From the NCBI GenBank assembly GCA_963828165.1, contig CAWHDR010000001.1, positions 2,752,001-2,816,000 of the forward strand: a DNA stretch of 64,000 nt, read 5' to 3'. The notes under the pieces were generated by a model, which was given only the letters and a program-made list of their open reading frames with translations, was not told where the DNA came from and made no database searches. The number at the start of each line of letters is the position of its first letter. Within the stretch, counting starts at the first letter, position 1. This DNA comes from an uncultured Chloroflexia bacterium (lineage in GTDB: Bacteria; Chloroflexota; Limnocylindria; Limnocylindrales; CSP1-4). The position numbers were made by a program, and so were the translations under genes. Shown piece after piece: positions 45,799 to 56,293 of the stretch.

Positions 45799-46872
45799 AT
45801 GCCCACGATGAACTCGAAACCGCTCAATATCGCGGTCGTCGGCGCCACAGGCGTCGTCGGCGGGACGATGATCCGGATGCTCCGCGAGCGCCGCTTTCCC
45901 ATCGGGGAACTGCGCCTCCTCGCCTCCGCGCGCTCCGCCGGGCGGACCATCGATGTCGACGGCACGGAGCATGTCGTTGGCGAGGCCACCGCCGAGTCGT
46001 TCGAGGGCGTCGACATCGCCCTGTTCAGCGCCGGCGGCGGCATCTCCAAGGAGCTGGCGCCGCAAGCCGCGGAGCGTGGCGCGACCGTCATCGACAACTC
46101 GTCGGCGTGGCGCATGGACCCGAACGTCCCGCTCGTCGTCTCGCAGGTCAATCCGGACGACATGGAGCGGCATGAGGGGATCATCGCCAATCCCAATTGC
46201 TCGACGATGCAGCTCGTGCCCGTGCTCATGGCGCTGCGCGACGCCGTCGGCCTCGAACGGGTCGTGGTCGATACCTACCAGGCCGTCAGCGGCACCGGTG
46301 CCAAGGCGATCACGGAGCTGCAGGCCCAGCTGGAGGCGCACGTCGGCGGACAGCCGCTCGAATCGAACGTCTATCCCCACCAGATCGCGCTCAACGCCCT
46401 CCCGCAGGTCGATGTCTTCCTGGACAACGGCTACACCAAGGAAGAGTGGAAGGTCGTGACCGAGAGCCGCAAGATCCTGCACCTGCCGGACCTGCGCGTC
46501 TCGTGCACGGCGGTCCGCGTGCCGGTCTTCGTGGCGCACAGCGAGGCGGTCCACGTCGAGACCCGCGAGCCGATCACACCGGATCGAGCCCGGACCCTGT
46601 TCGCCGCCGTGCCCGGGGTCGTCGTGCAGGACGACCCGTCCACCTCGACGTATCCGCTCGCGACCGAGGCCGCCGGATCGGACGAGGTCTACGTCGGTCG
46701 AGTCCGGCAGGACCCGTCCATCGGGGATGGTCGCGGACTCGCCTTCTGGGTGGTGAGCGACAACCTGCGCAAGGGCGCGGCCACCAACGCCGTGCAACTT
46801 GCCGAGATCCTGGTCGAGCGGGGCTGGGTCAAGGCCGCCGCGGCACGAAACGCGGCCGGAACCCCGGCGTGA
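45799..46872 (+). CDS. asd: Aspartate-semialdehyde dehydrogenase
   Basis: VVGATGVVG, IDNSSAWR, IANPNCST, DNLRKGAATN; TGgTATACT at 45752-45760. Confidence 0.97.
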   Translation: MPTMNSKPLNIAVVGATGVVGGTMIRMLRERRFPIGELRLLASARSAGRTIDVDGTEHVVGEATAESFEGVDIALFSAGGGISKELAPQAAERGATVIDNSSAWRMDPNVPLVVSQVNPDDMERHEGIIANPNCSTMQLVPVLMALRDAVGLERVVVDTYQAVSGTGAKAITELQAQLEAHVGGQPLESNVYPHQIALNALPQVDVFLDNGYTKEEWKVVTESRKILHLPDLRVSCTAVRVPVFVAHSEAVHVETREPITPDRARTLFAAVPGVVVQDDPSTSTYPLATEAAGSDEVYVGRVRQDPSIGDGRGLAFWVVSDNLRKGAATNAVQLAEILVERGWVKAAAARNAAGTPA

Positions 46873-47675
46873 CCGACGCCGAGCGCCGCGCGGCGCTCGA
46901 GGAGATCGCCGGAGAGGTTCGCGTCTGCACGCGGTGCCGCCTCCACGAGACCCGCACGAAGGCCGTACCGGGTGAAGGCGATCCCTCCACGGAGGTCGTC
47001 TTCGTGGGAGAGGGCCCGGGCATGAACGAGGACCGCGAAGGCCGACCCTTCGTTGGCCGCGCCGGCGGCCTGCTCGTGAACCTGCTCGGTCATATCGGCT
47101 GGAGCCGCCAGGACGTGTTCATCACGAACATCGTGAAGTGCCGTCCGCCCGGCAACCGAGATCCCGAACCGGACGAGATCGCCGCCTGCGCGCCGTACCT
47201 CGAACGACAGCTCGCGGTGCTCGACCCGTCCGTCGTCGTGACCCTGGGCCGGCACTCGATGGGCCGGTTCATGCCGGGCACCCGGATCTCGCAGGCGCAC
47301 GGCACGACCCGCACCGCGGACCCGGCGACCGGTGCCCGAGACGCCACGGTGTTCGCGATGTATCACCCGGCCGCAGCCCTGCGAACGCCGGGCATCGAAC
47401 GCGACAGCTACGAGGACGTGGCGCGCATCCCGACCGTGCTGACCGACGCCCGCGCCCGCCGCGCCGAGGCCCGCCGCCGGGCTCGAGCCGGGGCGGCAGC
47501 GCCGATCGCCTCAGCTCCGGGCGCAGAGACCTTCGACGCGGGGCCGTCCCCCGCTGACGCCACGCCCCAGGCGGACCAGCCCGCCCCGAGCCCCATCGTC
47601 CCCACGGTCCAAGCCACGTCGGCCGCGTCGCTTCCCGAAACCGAGCCCGCCGGCGACCAACTCAGTCTCTTCTGA
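46869..47675 (+). CDS. udg: Family-4 uracil-DNA glycosylase with C-terminal QLSLF
   Basis: CTRCRL, VGEGPG, GRPFVGRAG, NIVKCRPPGNRDP, YHPAAALR. Confidence 0.94.
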   Translation: MTDAERRAALEEIAGEVRVCTRCRLHETRTKAVPGEGDPSTEVVFVGEGPGMNEDREGRPFVGRAGGLLVNLLGHIGWSRQDVFITNIVKCRPPGNRDPEPDEIAACAPYLERQLAVLDPSVVVTLGRHSMGRFMPGTRISQAHGTTRTADPATGARDATVFAMYHPAAALRTPGIERDSYEDVARIPTVLTDARARRAEARRRARAGAAAPIASAPGAETFDAGPSPADATPQADQPAPSPIVPTVQATSAASLPETEPAGDQLSLF

Positions 47676-47694
47676 CCCCTCACACAGGAAACCG

Positions 47695-49377
47695 ATGACA
47701 TTCACCCAGACCACCGATACCGACCAACCACTCCGCATCATCCCGCTCGGCGGGGTGGGGGAGATCGGCAAGAACATGTACGTCTTCGAGTACGGCGACG
47801 ACATCGTCGTCATCGACTGCGGCCTCATGTTCCCGGACGAGGAGATGTTCGGCATCGACCTCGTCATCCCCGACATCAGCTACCTCAAGGAGAACCGCGC
47901 CAAGGTGCGCGCGTTCCTGATCACCCATGCCCACGAGGACCACGTCGGCGCGCTGCCCTACGTCCTGCCCGAGTTCCCGGGCGTGCCGGTCTACGCGAGC
48001 ACCCTCGCTCGCGGCCTGCTCGGCAACAAGATCAAGGAGCACAAGCTCCACAACAACCCACTCATCGCGCTCGAGCCCGGCGACGAGACCGACATCGGGC
48101 CGTTCAAGGTGGTGCCGTTCCGCGTCGGCCACTCGATCCCCGACGCGATGGGCATCGCCCTCAAGACGCCGGTCGGCACGATCGTCCACACCGGCGACTT
48201 CAAGTTCGACCACACCCCGGTCGACGGCAAGCTGTCCGATTTCGCGATCCTCGCCAAGCTCGGCGCCGAAGGCGTCATCTGCCTCCTGTCCGACTCCACA
48301 CGAGCCGAGAACCCCGGCTATACCCCGTCGGAACGGACCGTCGGCGAGGCGTTCCGCGAGATCATGGAGCCGCTTGACGGGCGCGTGATCGTCGCGACCT
48401 TCGCGAGCAACATCGCCCGCGTCCAGCAGGTGCTGGATGCTGCCGCGTCCATGGGACGCAAGGTGGCCGTCATCGGCCGCTCGATGGAGCAGAACTTCCG
48501 GATCGCCACGGACCTCGGCTATCTCAAGTACGAGGCCTCGCAGATCGTGTCGAAGGACAAGATCAAGGACCACCCGGACGGCAACCTCGTCATCGCCACC
48601 ACCGGCGCCCAGGGTGAGCCCATGGCCGGGCTCGCACGCATGGCCAACCGCGACCACCGCTTCGTGGAGATCCAACCGGGCGATACGGTCATCGTCAGCG
48701 CGAGCCCCATCCCCGGGAACGAGGAGTACGTGTCCCGGACTATCGACAACCTGTTCAAGGCCGGCGCCAACGTGTACTACCACACCATCAAGCGGGCGCA
48801 CGTCTCAGGGCATGCCAGCCAGGAGGAGCTCAAGCTCATGCTCGGGCTGACCAAGCCGAAGTACTTCATCCCGATCCACGGCGAGTTTCGGATGCAGGTC
48901 CAGCACGGGCGCCTGGCCACCGAGACGGGGGTCGAACCGGAGAACGTGTTCATCATCGAAAACGGCATGCCCATCGAGCTGTATGCCGACGGGTCGGCCC
49001 GGCGCGGTACCCCCGTCACGGCGGGCTACGTGTTCGTCGACGGTTTATCGGTCGGCGACGTGGGCGACATCGTCCTGCGCGACCGCCGCTCCCTGGCGAA
49101 CGACGGCATGTTCATGATCGTCGTGACGGTCGACAAGCAGACGGGCTCGGTCGTCGGACGGCCCGAGATCGTGACGCGCGGCTTCGTCAAGCTCAACGAG
49201 CAGGATCCGCTCATGGAAGGGGCCGTCGAACGCGTGATCAAGGCGATCGATACGCCAGGCGACCACATCGCCGAGCACGCCCTCCTGAAGTCCCAGATCA
49301 AGGAGGGCGTCTCGCGCTACCTGTACGAGCAGACGAAGCGCCGGCCGATGGTCTTTCCCGTCGTGGTCGAGGTCTGA
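47695..49377 (+). CDS. rnj: Ribonuclease J
   Basis: PLGGVGEIGKNM, THAHEDH, HTGDFK, HVSGHA, PIHGE. Confidence 0.97.
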   Translation: MTFTQTTDTDQPLRIIPLGGVGEIGKNMYVFEYGDDIVVIDCGLMFPDEEMFGIDLVIPDISYLKENRAKVRAFLITHAHEDHVGALPYVLPEFPGVPVYASTLARGLLGNKIKEHKLHNNPLIALEPGDETDIGPFKVVPFRVGHSIPDAMGIALKTPVGTIVHTGDFKFDHTPVDGKLSDFAILAKLGAEGVICLLSDSTRAENPGYTPSERTVGEAFREIMEPLDGRVIVATFASNIARVQQVLDAAASMGRKVAVIGRSMEQNFRIATDLGYLKYEASQIVSKDKIKDHPDGNLVIATTGAQGEPMAGLARMANRDHRFVEIQPGDTVIVSASPIPGNEEYVSRTIDNLFKAGANVYYHTIKRAHVSGHASQEELKLMLGLTKPKYFIPIHGEFRMQVQHGRLATETGVEPENVFIIENGMPIELYADGSARRGTPVTAGYVFVDGLSVGDVGDIVLRDRRSLANDGMFMIVVTVDKQTGSVVGRPEIVTRGFVKLNEQDPLMEGAVERVIKAIDTPGDHIAEHALLKSQIKEGVSRYLYEQTKRRPMVFPVVVEV

Positions 49378-49379
49378 CC

Positions 49380-51815
49380 TTGGCGACACGACGCCGATCC
49401 AGCACGACGCGATCCGCGAAGACGGGCGCCACGCGGGCGCCACGGCGACGCCGGACGAACAGCTTCATCGGTCGCGTCAACCCGGAGGTGGTGCGCTCGA
49501 TCCTGGGGACCGTGATGATGGCCCTCGGTGCGATCACGCTCATCGCCCTGGTCCTCCCCGGCGAAGGCGCCCTGACCGACTGGTGGCGCGACTCCATCGC
49601 GCCGTGGTTCGAGGCCGGCCGCTGGCTGCTGCCGTTCCTGCTCCTGGCCGGCGGTTGGTGGATCGCGGCGGGACCCGGCAAGAAGGCGGGCTCCGGCTGG
49701 GGGGTGACCCTGGGTGGGCTCGCGATCGCCTACGTCGCGGGGCTGGGCGTGTTCGAGATCCTCGCCCTCGACATCCTCGGCGAAGAGCGCGGCGGCGGCC
49801 GGATCGGGCGGTTCCTGGCGGGAGCGCTGGAACCCCTGCTCACCGCGCCCGGGGCGATCGTGCTGTTGTCGGCGATCGGGTTGCTCGGGCTCATGCTCGC
49901 GTTCAACCTTCAGCTCCGCCAGCTGCTCGCACCGTTCACGGGAACGGCTCGCTGGGTCGGATCGACCACGGCTGAGTCCCTCCGGCGTGCGCAGGAGGCA
50001 CGCCCGGCGGACCCCAAGGCCCCGACCAATGGCACGGCCAAGGCGAGGACGCCGACCAAGGAGCCGGTCGCCATCCCGATCACGGCACTCGACGACCCGG
50101 CACGCAGCATCCTCGACGAACCGGCGCCCCGATCGGGCCAGTCGCCGATGAGCCAGACGGTCTGGACCGGTCCCTCCGATGGCGGCAGCGGCTCGCTGTC
50201 GGCGAGACCTGCTCGCGCCGCGACCGCTCTCGCGGGCGACGCTCCGACCGCCCTGGAGTCCCTGAACGCGATCGACTGGACCTTGCCCGCCATCGACCTG
50301 CTCGAGCCGCGACCGGTGGCGCTCGTCGGCGGCACGTTGGACCATGCCTCGAACTCGAGGCGGATCGAGGAGAAACTGCTGAGCTTCGCGATCCCGGCGA
50401 AGGTCGTGAAGGTCAATTCCGGGCCGGTCGTGACCCAGTACGAGGTCCGCCCGGAGCACCACATCAAGGTCTCGCGGATCGAGGCCCTGGCCGACGATCT
50501 GGCGATGGCCCTCGCGGCCCGCTCGATCCGGATCGAGGCACCGATCCCGGGCAAGGACGTCGTCGGCATCGAGATCCCGAACTCGGTCAGCGAGGTCGTG
50601 GGCTTCAAGCCGCTGGTCGATGAGAGCCAGATGCTCGATTCCACGAGCCCGTTGACCTTCGCGCTGGGCCGTGACGTGTCGGGCAAGGCCTACGCCGTCG
50701 ACCTCGCCAAGATGCCCCACCTGCTCGTTGCCGGCGCCACGGGGTCAGGCAAGAGCGTGTGCGTGAACGCGCTCATCACGAGCCTGCTCATGCGCGCCCG
50801 CCCGGACGAGGTCCGCATGATCCTCGTCGATCTCAAGCGGGTCGAGCTCGCGCCCTACAACGGCCTGCCGCACCTGCTGCAGCACGTGATCGTCGAACCG
50901 GGCGAGGCGAAAGCCGTGCTGAACTGGGCGGTCCGGGAGATGGAGGATCGCTACAAGCTGCTGGCTGCCCACAGCGTCCGCAACATCGCGGCGTTCAACG
51001 CCCGGCCGGAGGCCAACGGCGCCGCTGGCACGACACCGGTTGGCGGCGCTGGTTCGGGTGCGGTCGCGGTCGACACGGAGAACGCCGCCGAGCGGATGCC
51101 CTACATCGTGCTGATCATCGACGAGCTCGCCGACCTGATCATGCGCGAGGGGCGCAAGGTCGAGGATCCGGTCGTGAAGATCGCGCAAAAGGCGCGCGCG
51201 GTCGGCATCCACCTGGTTCTCGCCACCCAGCGGCCGTCGGTCAACGTCGTGACCGGGCTCATCAAGGCGAATGTCCCGTCCAGGATCGCGTTCGCGATGG
51301 CTTCCAATGTCGACTCGCGGACGGTGCTCGATTCCCCGGGTGCGGAGGACCTCATCGGTCGAGGCGACATGCTGTACCAGCCGGTCGACCTGCCACGACC
51401 CGTCCGCATGCAGGGCGTGTTCGTCAGCGATCACGACGTCGGCGCCGTCACGAAGCACTGGATGGACCAGACCGGCGGCAAGACCTTCTACGACGAGGAC
51501 ATCCTCGCGTTCGCCGACCCGGAGGATGGTGTCGGCGGCGACAACGGCCAGTTCGCGTGGTTGCGCAAGCGTGATGTCGATGAGATGACCATCCCGGCGG
51601 CTGAGCTGGTCACGACCATGCAGAAGGCCTCGACCTCGATGCTCCAGACGAAGCTCAAGCTCGGCTTCTCGCGGGCGAGCCGGGTGATGGACGAGCTCGA
51701 GCGGAACGGGATCATCGGGCCGCAAGACCCGCGGAATCCGGCCGTCCCACGCCAGATCTACGGCCGTGAGAACTGGTTCATCACCCAGGATGATGTGGAT
51801 GACCCGGGCGACTGA
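49380..51815 (+). CDS. ftsK: DNA translocase FtsK/SpoIIIE
   Basis: N-terminal TMs, HLLVAGATGSGKS, IIDELADL, ATQRPS, gamma domain. Confidence 0.96.
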   Translation: MATRRRSSTTRSAKTGATRAPRRRRTNSFIGRVNPEVVRSILGTVMMALGAITLIALVLPGEGALTDWWRDSIAPWFEAGRWLLPFLLLAGGWWIAAGPGKKAGSGWGVTLGGLAIAYVAGLGVFEILALDILGEERGGGRIGRFLAGALEPLLTAPGAIVLLSAIGLLGLMLAFNLQLRQLLAPFTGTARWVGSTTAESLRRAQEARPADPKAPTNGTAKARTPTKEPVAIPITALDDPARSILDEPAPRSGQSPMSQTVWTGPSDGGSGSLSARPARAATALAGDAPTALESLNAIDWTLPAIDLLEPRPVALVGGTLDHASNSRRIEEKLLSFAIPAKVVKVNSGPVVTQYEVRPEHHIKVSRIEALADDLAMALAARSIRIEAPIPGKDVVGIEIPNSVSEVVGFKPLVDESQMLDSTSPLTFALGRDVSGKAYAVDLAKMPHLLVAGATGSGKSVCVNALITSLLMRARPDEVRMILVDLKRVELAPYNGLPHLLQHVIVEPGEAKAVLNWAVREMEDRYKLLAAHSVRNIAAFNARPEANGAAGTTPVGGAGSGAVAVDTENAAERMPYIVLIIDELADLIMREGRKVEDPVVKIAQKARAVGIHLVLATQRPSVNVVTGLIKANVPSRIAFAMASNVDSRTVLDSPGAEDLIGRGDMLYQPVDLPRPVRMQGVFVSDHDVGAVTKHWMDQTGGKTFYDEDILAFADPEDGVGGDNGQFAWLRKRDVDEMTIPAAELVTTMQKASTSMLQTKLKLGFSRASRVMDELERNGIIGPQDPRNPAVPRQIYGRENWFITQDDVDDPGD

Positions 51816-51950
51816 GATGGGCGCGCCCATTGGGGCCGTGGCACGGCTGGGAACGTCGCTGGGGTATCCTTTCGCGACGGTGGTCGTCGGGGTGGCGCGA
51901 GACCAGGACGGCCGGGACACGACCGGGCGCGATAAGGACGGAACTGCTCG

Positions 51951-53312
51951 ATGACGACACGGGACCAGGTCCGGCGAGCCGTCAGAGCCGAGCGCGGCGA
52001 GGCACGCCCGATCACCGCGGAACCCGCCCCCGGGCTGCCAGAGCGGCTGCTCGCGGCCCGCGAGCGCAAGGGCGTCGACCTGTACCGCGCCGAGCGCGAC
52101 ACGAAGATCCGGGTCCGCTACCTGGCCGCCCTCGAGCGCGGCGACTATCGCGAGCTCCCGGGGAACGTCTACACGAAGGGATTCCTGCGCAACTACGCGC
52201 TGTATCTCGGCCTGGACCCCGATGACGTGCTGTTGCAGTGGCGACGCGAGCGCGGTGACCCGCGCGAGCCCCAGGCCGTCATCACCGTGCCGCGACCGAT
52301 CGCCGCGCCACGCAAGGGCCTGACCTTCTCGCCGAGCCTCGTCGTCTTCGCCTTGCTGACGGTGGCGGTCCTCGCGTTCGCCGCCTATCTCGGCGTCCAG
52401 CTGCTGCGCTTCGCCAAGCCGCCCACGATCGCGGTCACGACTCCGTCGGCAGCCGTGATCGAGGTCGACGAATTGGCCACCGAGTACCTGCTGAAGGGCA
52501 CGTCCACGGCCGGCGCCACGATCTCCATCGAGACACCGGGGCGCGACCCGTACAGCGTCAGCGCCGATGCCGATGGCGACTGGAGCGCGAGCGTGGAGCT
52601 GCGCCGCGGGCGCAACCAGTTCGAGGTCTCGGCGGTCGACCCGGATACGGGCAAGCAGTCGGAGGCTGCGGTCAGCCTGTTCATCACGGTGCCGTACCTG
52701 GTCTTCGTGTCGCCGACCCTGTCGATCGACCAGCCGGCAGAGGGCGCGACCTTCGAGAACGGCGCGATCCCCGTCCAGGGCCGCACGACGAACGCCGACT
52801 CCGTCGTCGTGAGCGCGGCCTACTCGGGTCCCGCGGAGCCGCCGAAGGCCGGTGCCGCCACACCCGCGCCACCGGCCGTGCCGGCCCCGGTCACGGTCCC
52901 GGTCGCCGAGGACGGCACGTTCACGACGCCATTCGAGCTGACCGCCGGCCGCTGGGCGATCACGGTGACCGCCTCGAGTCCCGAGGGCAAGACATCCTCC
53001 CTCAGCCGCGCGGTGACGGTCGCGTTCAAGGGCGTCAACCTCGTCGTGTCGATCGATGGCGGCCGTGCCTGGATCAAGGTCTGGGTCGACGGCAAGATCC
53101 ATCCGGATGTCGGCGCGGCCGGCCGCGTCTTCAACGACGGCAAGACCCTGACCTTCAACGGGAAGCGGTCGATCGAGGTTCGCACGGGGTCATCGGGCGT
53201 GACGAAGTTCGCGCTCAACGGGACGTCGCTCGGAGCGCTGGGCCGCAGTGGGACGCCCGAGACTTGGCTGTTCGAGCCACCCGCCAAGCCCGAGCTGACC
53301 CAGCGTCGCTGA
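51951..53312 (+). CDS. rodZ: RodZ-like protein (HTH, TM, two Ig-like repeats, DUF4115-like end)
   Basis: TKIRVRYLAALERGD..LPGNVYTKGFLRNYA; TM; AWIKVWVDG. Confidence 0.8.
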   Translation: MTTRDQVRRAVRAERGEARPITAEPAPGLPERLLAARERKGVDLYRAERDTKIRVRYLAALERGDYRELPGNVYTKGFLRNYALYLGLDPDDVLLQWRRERGDPREPQAVITVPRPIAAPRKGLTFSPSLVVFALLTVAVLAFAAYLGVQLLRFAKPPTIAVTTPSAAVIEVDELATEYLLKGTSTAGATISIETPGRDPYSVSADADGDWSASVELRRGRNQFEVSAVDPDTGKQSEAAVSLFITVPYLVFVSPTLSIDQPAEGATFENGAIPVQGRTTNADSVVVSAAYSGPAEPPKAGAATPAPPAVPAPVTVPVAEDGTFTTPFELTAGRWAITVTASSPEGKTSSLSRAVTVAFKGVNLVVSIDGGRAWIKVWVDGKIHPDVGAAGRVFNDGKTLTFNGKRSIEVRTGSSGVTKFALNGTSLGALGRSGTPETWLFEPPAKPELTQRR

Positions 53313-53317
53313 CGGAC

Positions 53318-53821
53318 GTGCCGCCGACCGACGAGGAGCTCCTGGACCTCGCCGAGCGCGTGGGGGCATCGTGCCGTACCGGCAACCGGACCCTTGCGAC
53401 GGCCGAGTCGTGCACCGGCGGGCTGGTCGCCCACCTCATCACCGAGGTCCCGGGCTCGAGCGCCTATTTCGTGGGCGGCCTCGTCACGTACGACAACGAC
53501 GTGAAGACCGCCCTTGCCGACGTTCCGCAGAGCGTCCTTGACGCCCACGGCGCCGTGTCCGCCCAGGTGGCGGTCGCCATGGCCGAAGGCACCCGCCGCC
53601 GGCTCGGCGTGGACGTCGCGGTCTCCGTCACCGGGGTCGCCGGACCGGATGGCGGGAGCGACACCAAACCGGTCGGCCTGACCTACGTGGGGATCGCCGA
53701 CGCCGATGGCGATGACGTTCGCCGGCACCTGTGGTCGGAAGACCGGCGTGGCAACAAGCGGGCGAGCGCGGCGGCCGCGCTGTCGCTCGTGCTCGAGCGT
53801 CTCGCCGCCAGCGACACGTGA
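53318..53821 (+). CDS. cinA: CinA C-terminal/PncC NMN deamidase
   Basis: ATAESCTGG, PGSSAYF, HGAVS, SVTGVAGPDGG. Confidence 0.92.
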   Translation: MPPTDEELLDLAERVGASCRTGNRTLATAESCTGGLVAHLITEVPGSSAYFVGGLVTYDNDVKTALADVPQSVLDAHGAVSAQVAVAMAEGTRRRLGVDVAVSVTGVAGPDGGSDTKPVGLTYVGIADADGDDVRRHLWSEDRRGNKRASAAAALSLVLERLAASDT

Positions 53822-55377
53822 CGCGCGACGCGGCCGCGATCGGTGCCGGCCTCGCGCCGGCACGTCCAGCACGGCCGATCCCCGCCGGCCAGCGGCTGCA
53901 TGTCATCGGCGTCGCGGGTGCCGGGGCGAGCGCCGCCGCCCTCCTCGCACACCACGCCGGCGCGCTCGTGACCGGATGCGATGCCGGTGGAGCGTCGCCG
54001 TACACGCCAGCGCTCGACGAGGCTGGAATCAAGCTGCACTGGCAGCACAGCGCCGAGCACATCACGAGCGAGCCCGTCCCGGATCGCGTGGCGGTCACCA
54101 AGGCCCTGACCGCGGTCCATCCCGACCATCCCGAGCTGCAGGCGACCGTCGCCGCCGACATCCCCCTGGAGTCCTGGCAGCAGGCCGTCGCAGACGCGGC
54201 TGTCGGGCGCACGCTCGTCGGCGTCGCGGGGACCCACGGCAAGAGCACGACCGCGGGGTGGCTGGTCCACGCCCTGGTGGCTGCCGGCCTGGACCCCGCA
54301 GCATTCGTCGGGGCGTTGCTGCCGAGCCCGATCACGGGCGGCCTGCCGTCCACGGCCCGGACGGGAAGGGGCGCCCCATTCGTCGTGGAGGCCGACGAGT
54401 ATGCCGGCAACTTCGACCCGTACCGACCGGATGTCGCCGTCCTTACGAGCGCCGAGTGGGATCACCCCGACGTCTTCGCCGATTCGGCCGCGGTCATCGA
54501 TACGTTCGGGGCCTGGCTGGGGCGGATGCCCGGCAGTGGCACGATCGTCGCCAATGCCGGCGATCCGGGCGTCGAGGCGGTGCTGGACCAGGTCATCGGG
54601 GATCGCTCGCCGGCGGTCGTGGCCTACGCGCTCACCGAGATCGACCCAGGGCGAGGCGGCTACCTGCGCGGCCTCGCCGAGCGATTCGGCGTCGATGGCC
54701 GGCCCGCGAGGCCGCTGATGGGTCGCATCACGAGCGCAGACCCCGGGGGCACGACGCTCGAGATCCACGGTTTGGACTCCCCGACCGGGCCCGTCGTCGC
54801 TCGCCTGGACACAGCCGGGCGGCACAATGCCGCCAACGCGCTCGCCGTGGCTGGAGCGGCGATGGCGTTGGGCGTGCCCACCACCGGGATCGTCGAGGCG
54901 CTCGCGTCCTTCCGGGGCGTCGGACGCCGCCTGGAACACAAGGGCGAGGCGGCCGGCGTCGTGGTCTACGACGACTACGGCCATCATCCGACCGCCATCC
55001 GCGAGACGCTCGCTGCGATCCGGCAGCGCCAGCCGGGGCGCCGCGTGTGGGCGGTGTACGAGCCGTTGACGTACCATCGAACGGCCGCCCTCATGCCCGC
55101 GTTCGCCGACGCGCTCGCGACAGCGGACGCGGTGGTGGTCGCGGACATCTGGGCCGGACGAGATCCGGACACCACGGTCGCATCCGCCGCCGGCCTCGCG
55201 GAGGCCGTGGCTAGGGCCCGACCGGGGCTCCTCGTGGAGGCCCCAGGCTCGGTCGACGAGACCGCAGCATGGCTCGCGCACGAGGTCCGGCCGGGGGATG
55301 CCGTCCTCGTGATGGGCGGAGGCAACAGCTACCGGATCGCTGAGGGCCTGTTACGCCGACTCGGATCGGAGGACTGA
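53818..55377 (+). CDS. murC: UDP-N-acetylmuramate--L-alanine ligase (MurC/Mpl-like)
   Basis: HVIGVAGAG, VAGTHGKSTT, VVEADE, DHPD, FRGVGRR, DDYGHHPT. Confidence 0.82.
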   Translation: MTRDAAAIGAGLAPARPARPIPAGQRLHVIGVAGAGASAAALLAHHAGALVTGCDAGGASPYTPALDEAGIKLHWQHSAEHITSEPVPDRVAVTKALTAVHPDHPELQATVAADIPLESWQQAVADAAVGRTLVGVAGTHGKSTTAGWLVHALVAAGLDPAAFVGALLPSPITGGLPSTARTGRGAPFVVEADEYAGNFDPYRPDVAVLTSAEWDHPDVFADSAAVIDTFGAWLGRMPGSGTIVANAGDPGVEAVLDQVIGDRSPAVVAYALTEIDPGRGGYLRGLAERFGVDGRPARPLMGRITSADPGGTTLEIHGLDSPTGPVVARLDTAGRHNAANALAVAGAAMALGVPTTGIVEALASFRGVGRRLEHKGEAAGVVVYDDYGHHPTAIRETLAAIRQRQPGRRVWAVYEPLTYHRTAALMPAFADALATADAVVVADIWAGRDPDTTVASAAGLAEAVARARPGLLVEAPGSVDETAAWLAHEVRPGDAVLVMGGGNSYRIAEGLLRRLGSED

Positions 55378-55379
55378 CC

Positions 55380-55763
55380 GTGGACCACGCTTCCGCCGCC
55401 GACCTCCTGGATCGCTACAAGCGTGCCTGGGAAACCTTCGACGGCGACGCCTGGACCGATCTCTTCGCCGAAGAAGCGGAGTACCACGAGGACCCGTTCG
55501 AACCGCCGATGGTCGGGTCCAACGCGCTCCGGGCATACTTGCTCGAAGCGGCCGAGGCGCAGGACCAGGTCGAGATGACCGTGGAGCGGCACTGGGTCGT
55601 AGGTGACACGGCGCTTGCCGCGTGGCACGCCAGCTACGTGCAGCGCACGGATCGCGCCCGCGTCCGACTTGCCGGCTTCATGACGCTGGAGCTTGCGAGC
55701 GACGGTCGCATCCGTCGCTTCCGCGAGTGGTGGCATCGACGCGAGACACCGGCGACCGGATAG
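55380..55763 (+). CDS. SnoaL/NTF2-like protein
   Basis: YKRAWET, LFAEEAEYHEDPF, GRIRRFREWW. Confidence 0.8.
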   Translation: MDHASAADLLDRYKRAWETFDGDAWTDLFAEEAEYHEDPFEPPMVGSNALRAYLLEAAEAQDQVEMTVERHWVVGDTALAAWHASYVQRTDRARVRLAGFMTLELASDGRIRRFREWWHRRETPATG

Positions 55764-55792
55764 GGACGAGCCGGATAGGGAAGAGGAGGACC

Positions 55793-56285
55793 ATGGCAGG
55801 CGATGCCTCATTCGACGTCGTGAGCGACTTCGACGAACAGGAACTGCGCAACGCGCTCGATCAGGTCCGGCGTGAGGTCGGCCAGCGCTTCGACTTCAAG
55901 GGCGTCACGGTCGACCTCGCGCAGGCGAAGGAGGAGATCGTCCTCGTCACGGACGACGAGCATCGCGCCAGCGCGGTCAAGGACCTCATCGAATTCGAAG
56001 GCGATCAAGCGAAACCTGTCGCTCAAGATCTTCGATTGGGGCAAGGTCGAACCGGCCGGCGGCAACAAGGTGCGCCAGGAGATCAAGCTGCGACGCGGAC
56101 TGCCCGAGGATCTCGCCAAACGCATCACGAAACTGATCCGCGACGAATTCCCCAAGGCCAAGTCGCAGATCCAGGGTGACGCGGTCCGCGTCACGAGCAA
56201 GAGCAAGGACGAGCTGCAGAAGGTCATCACTCGCCTGCGCGAGCTCGATGAGGCCGTCCCGCTGCAATTCCAGAACTACCGCTGA
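55793..56285 (+). CDS. yajQ: YajQ nucleotide-binding protein, apparent frameshift near 55994
   Basis: SFDVVS, RFDFKG; [18 protein letters not shown] in next frame. Confidence 0.93.
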
Positions 56286-56293
56286 GGTGATCG

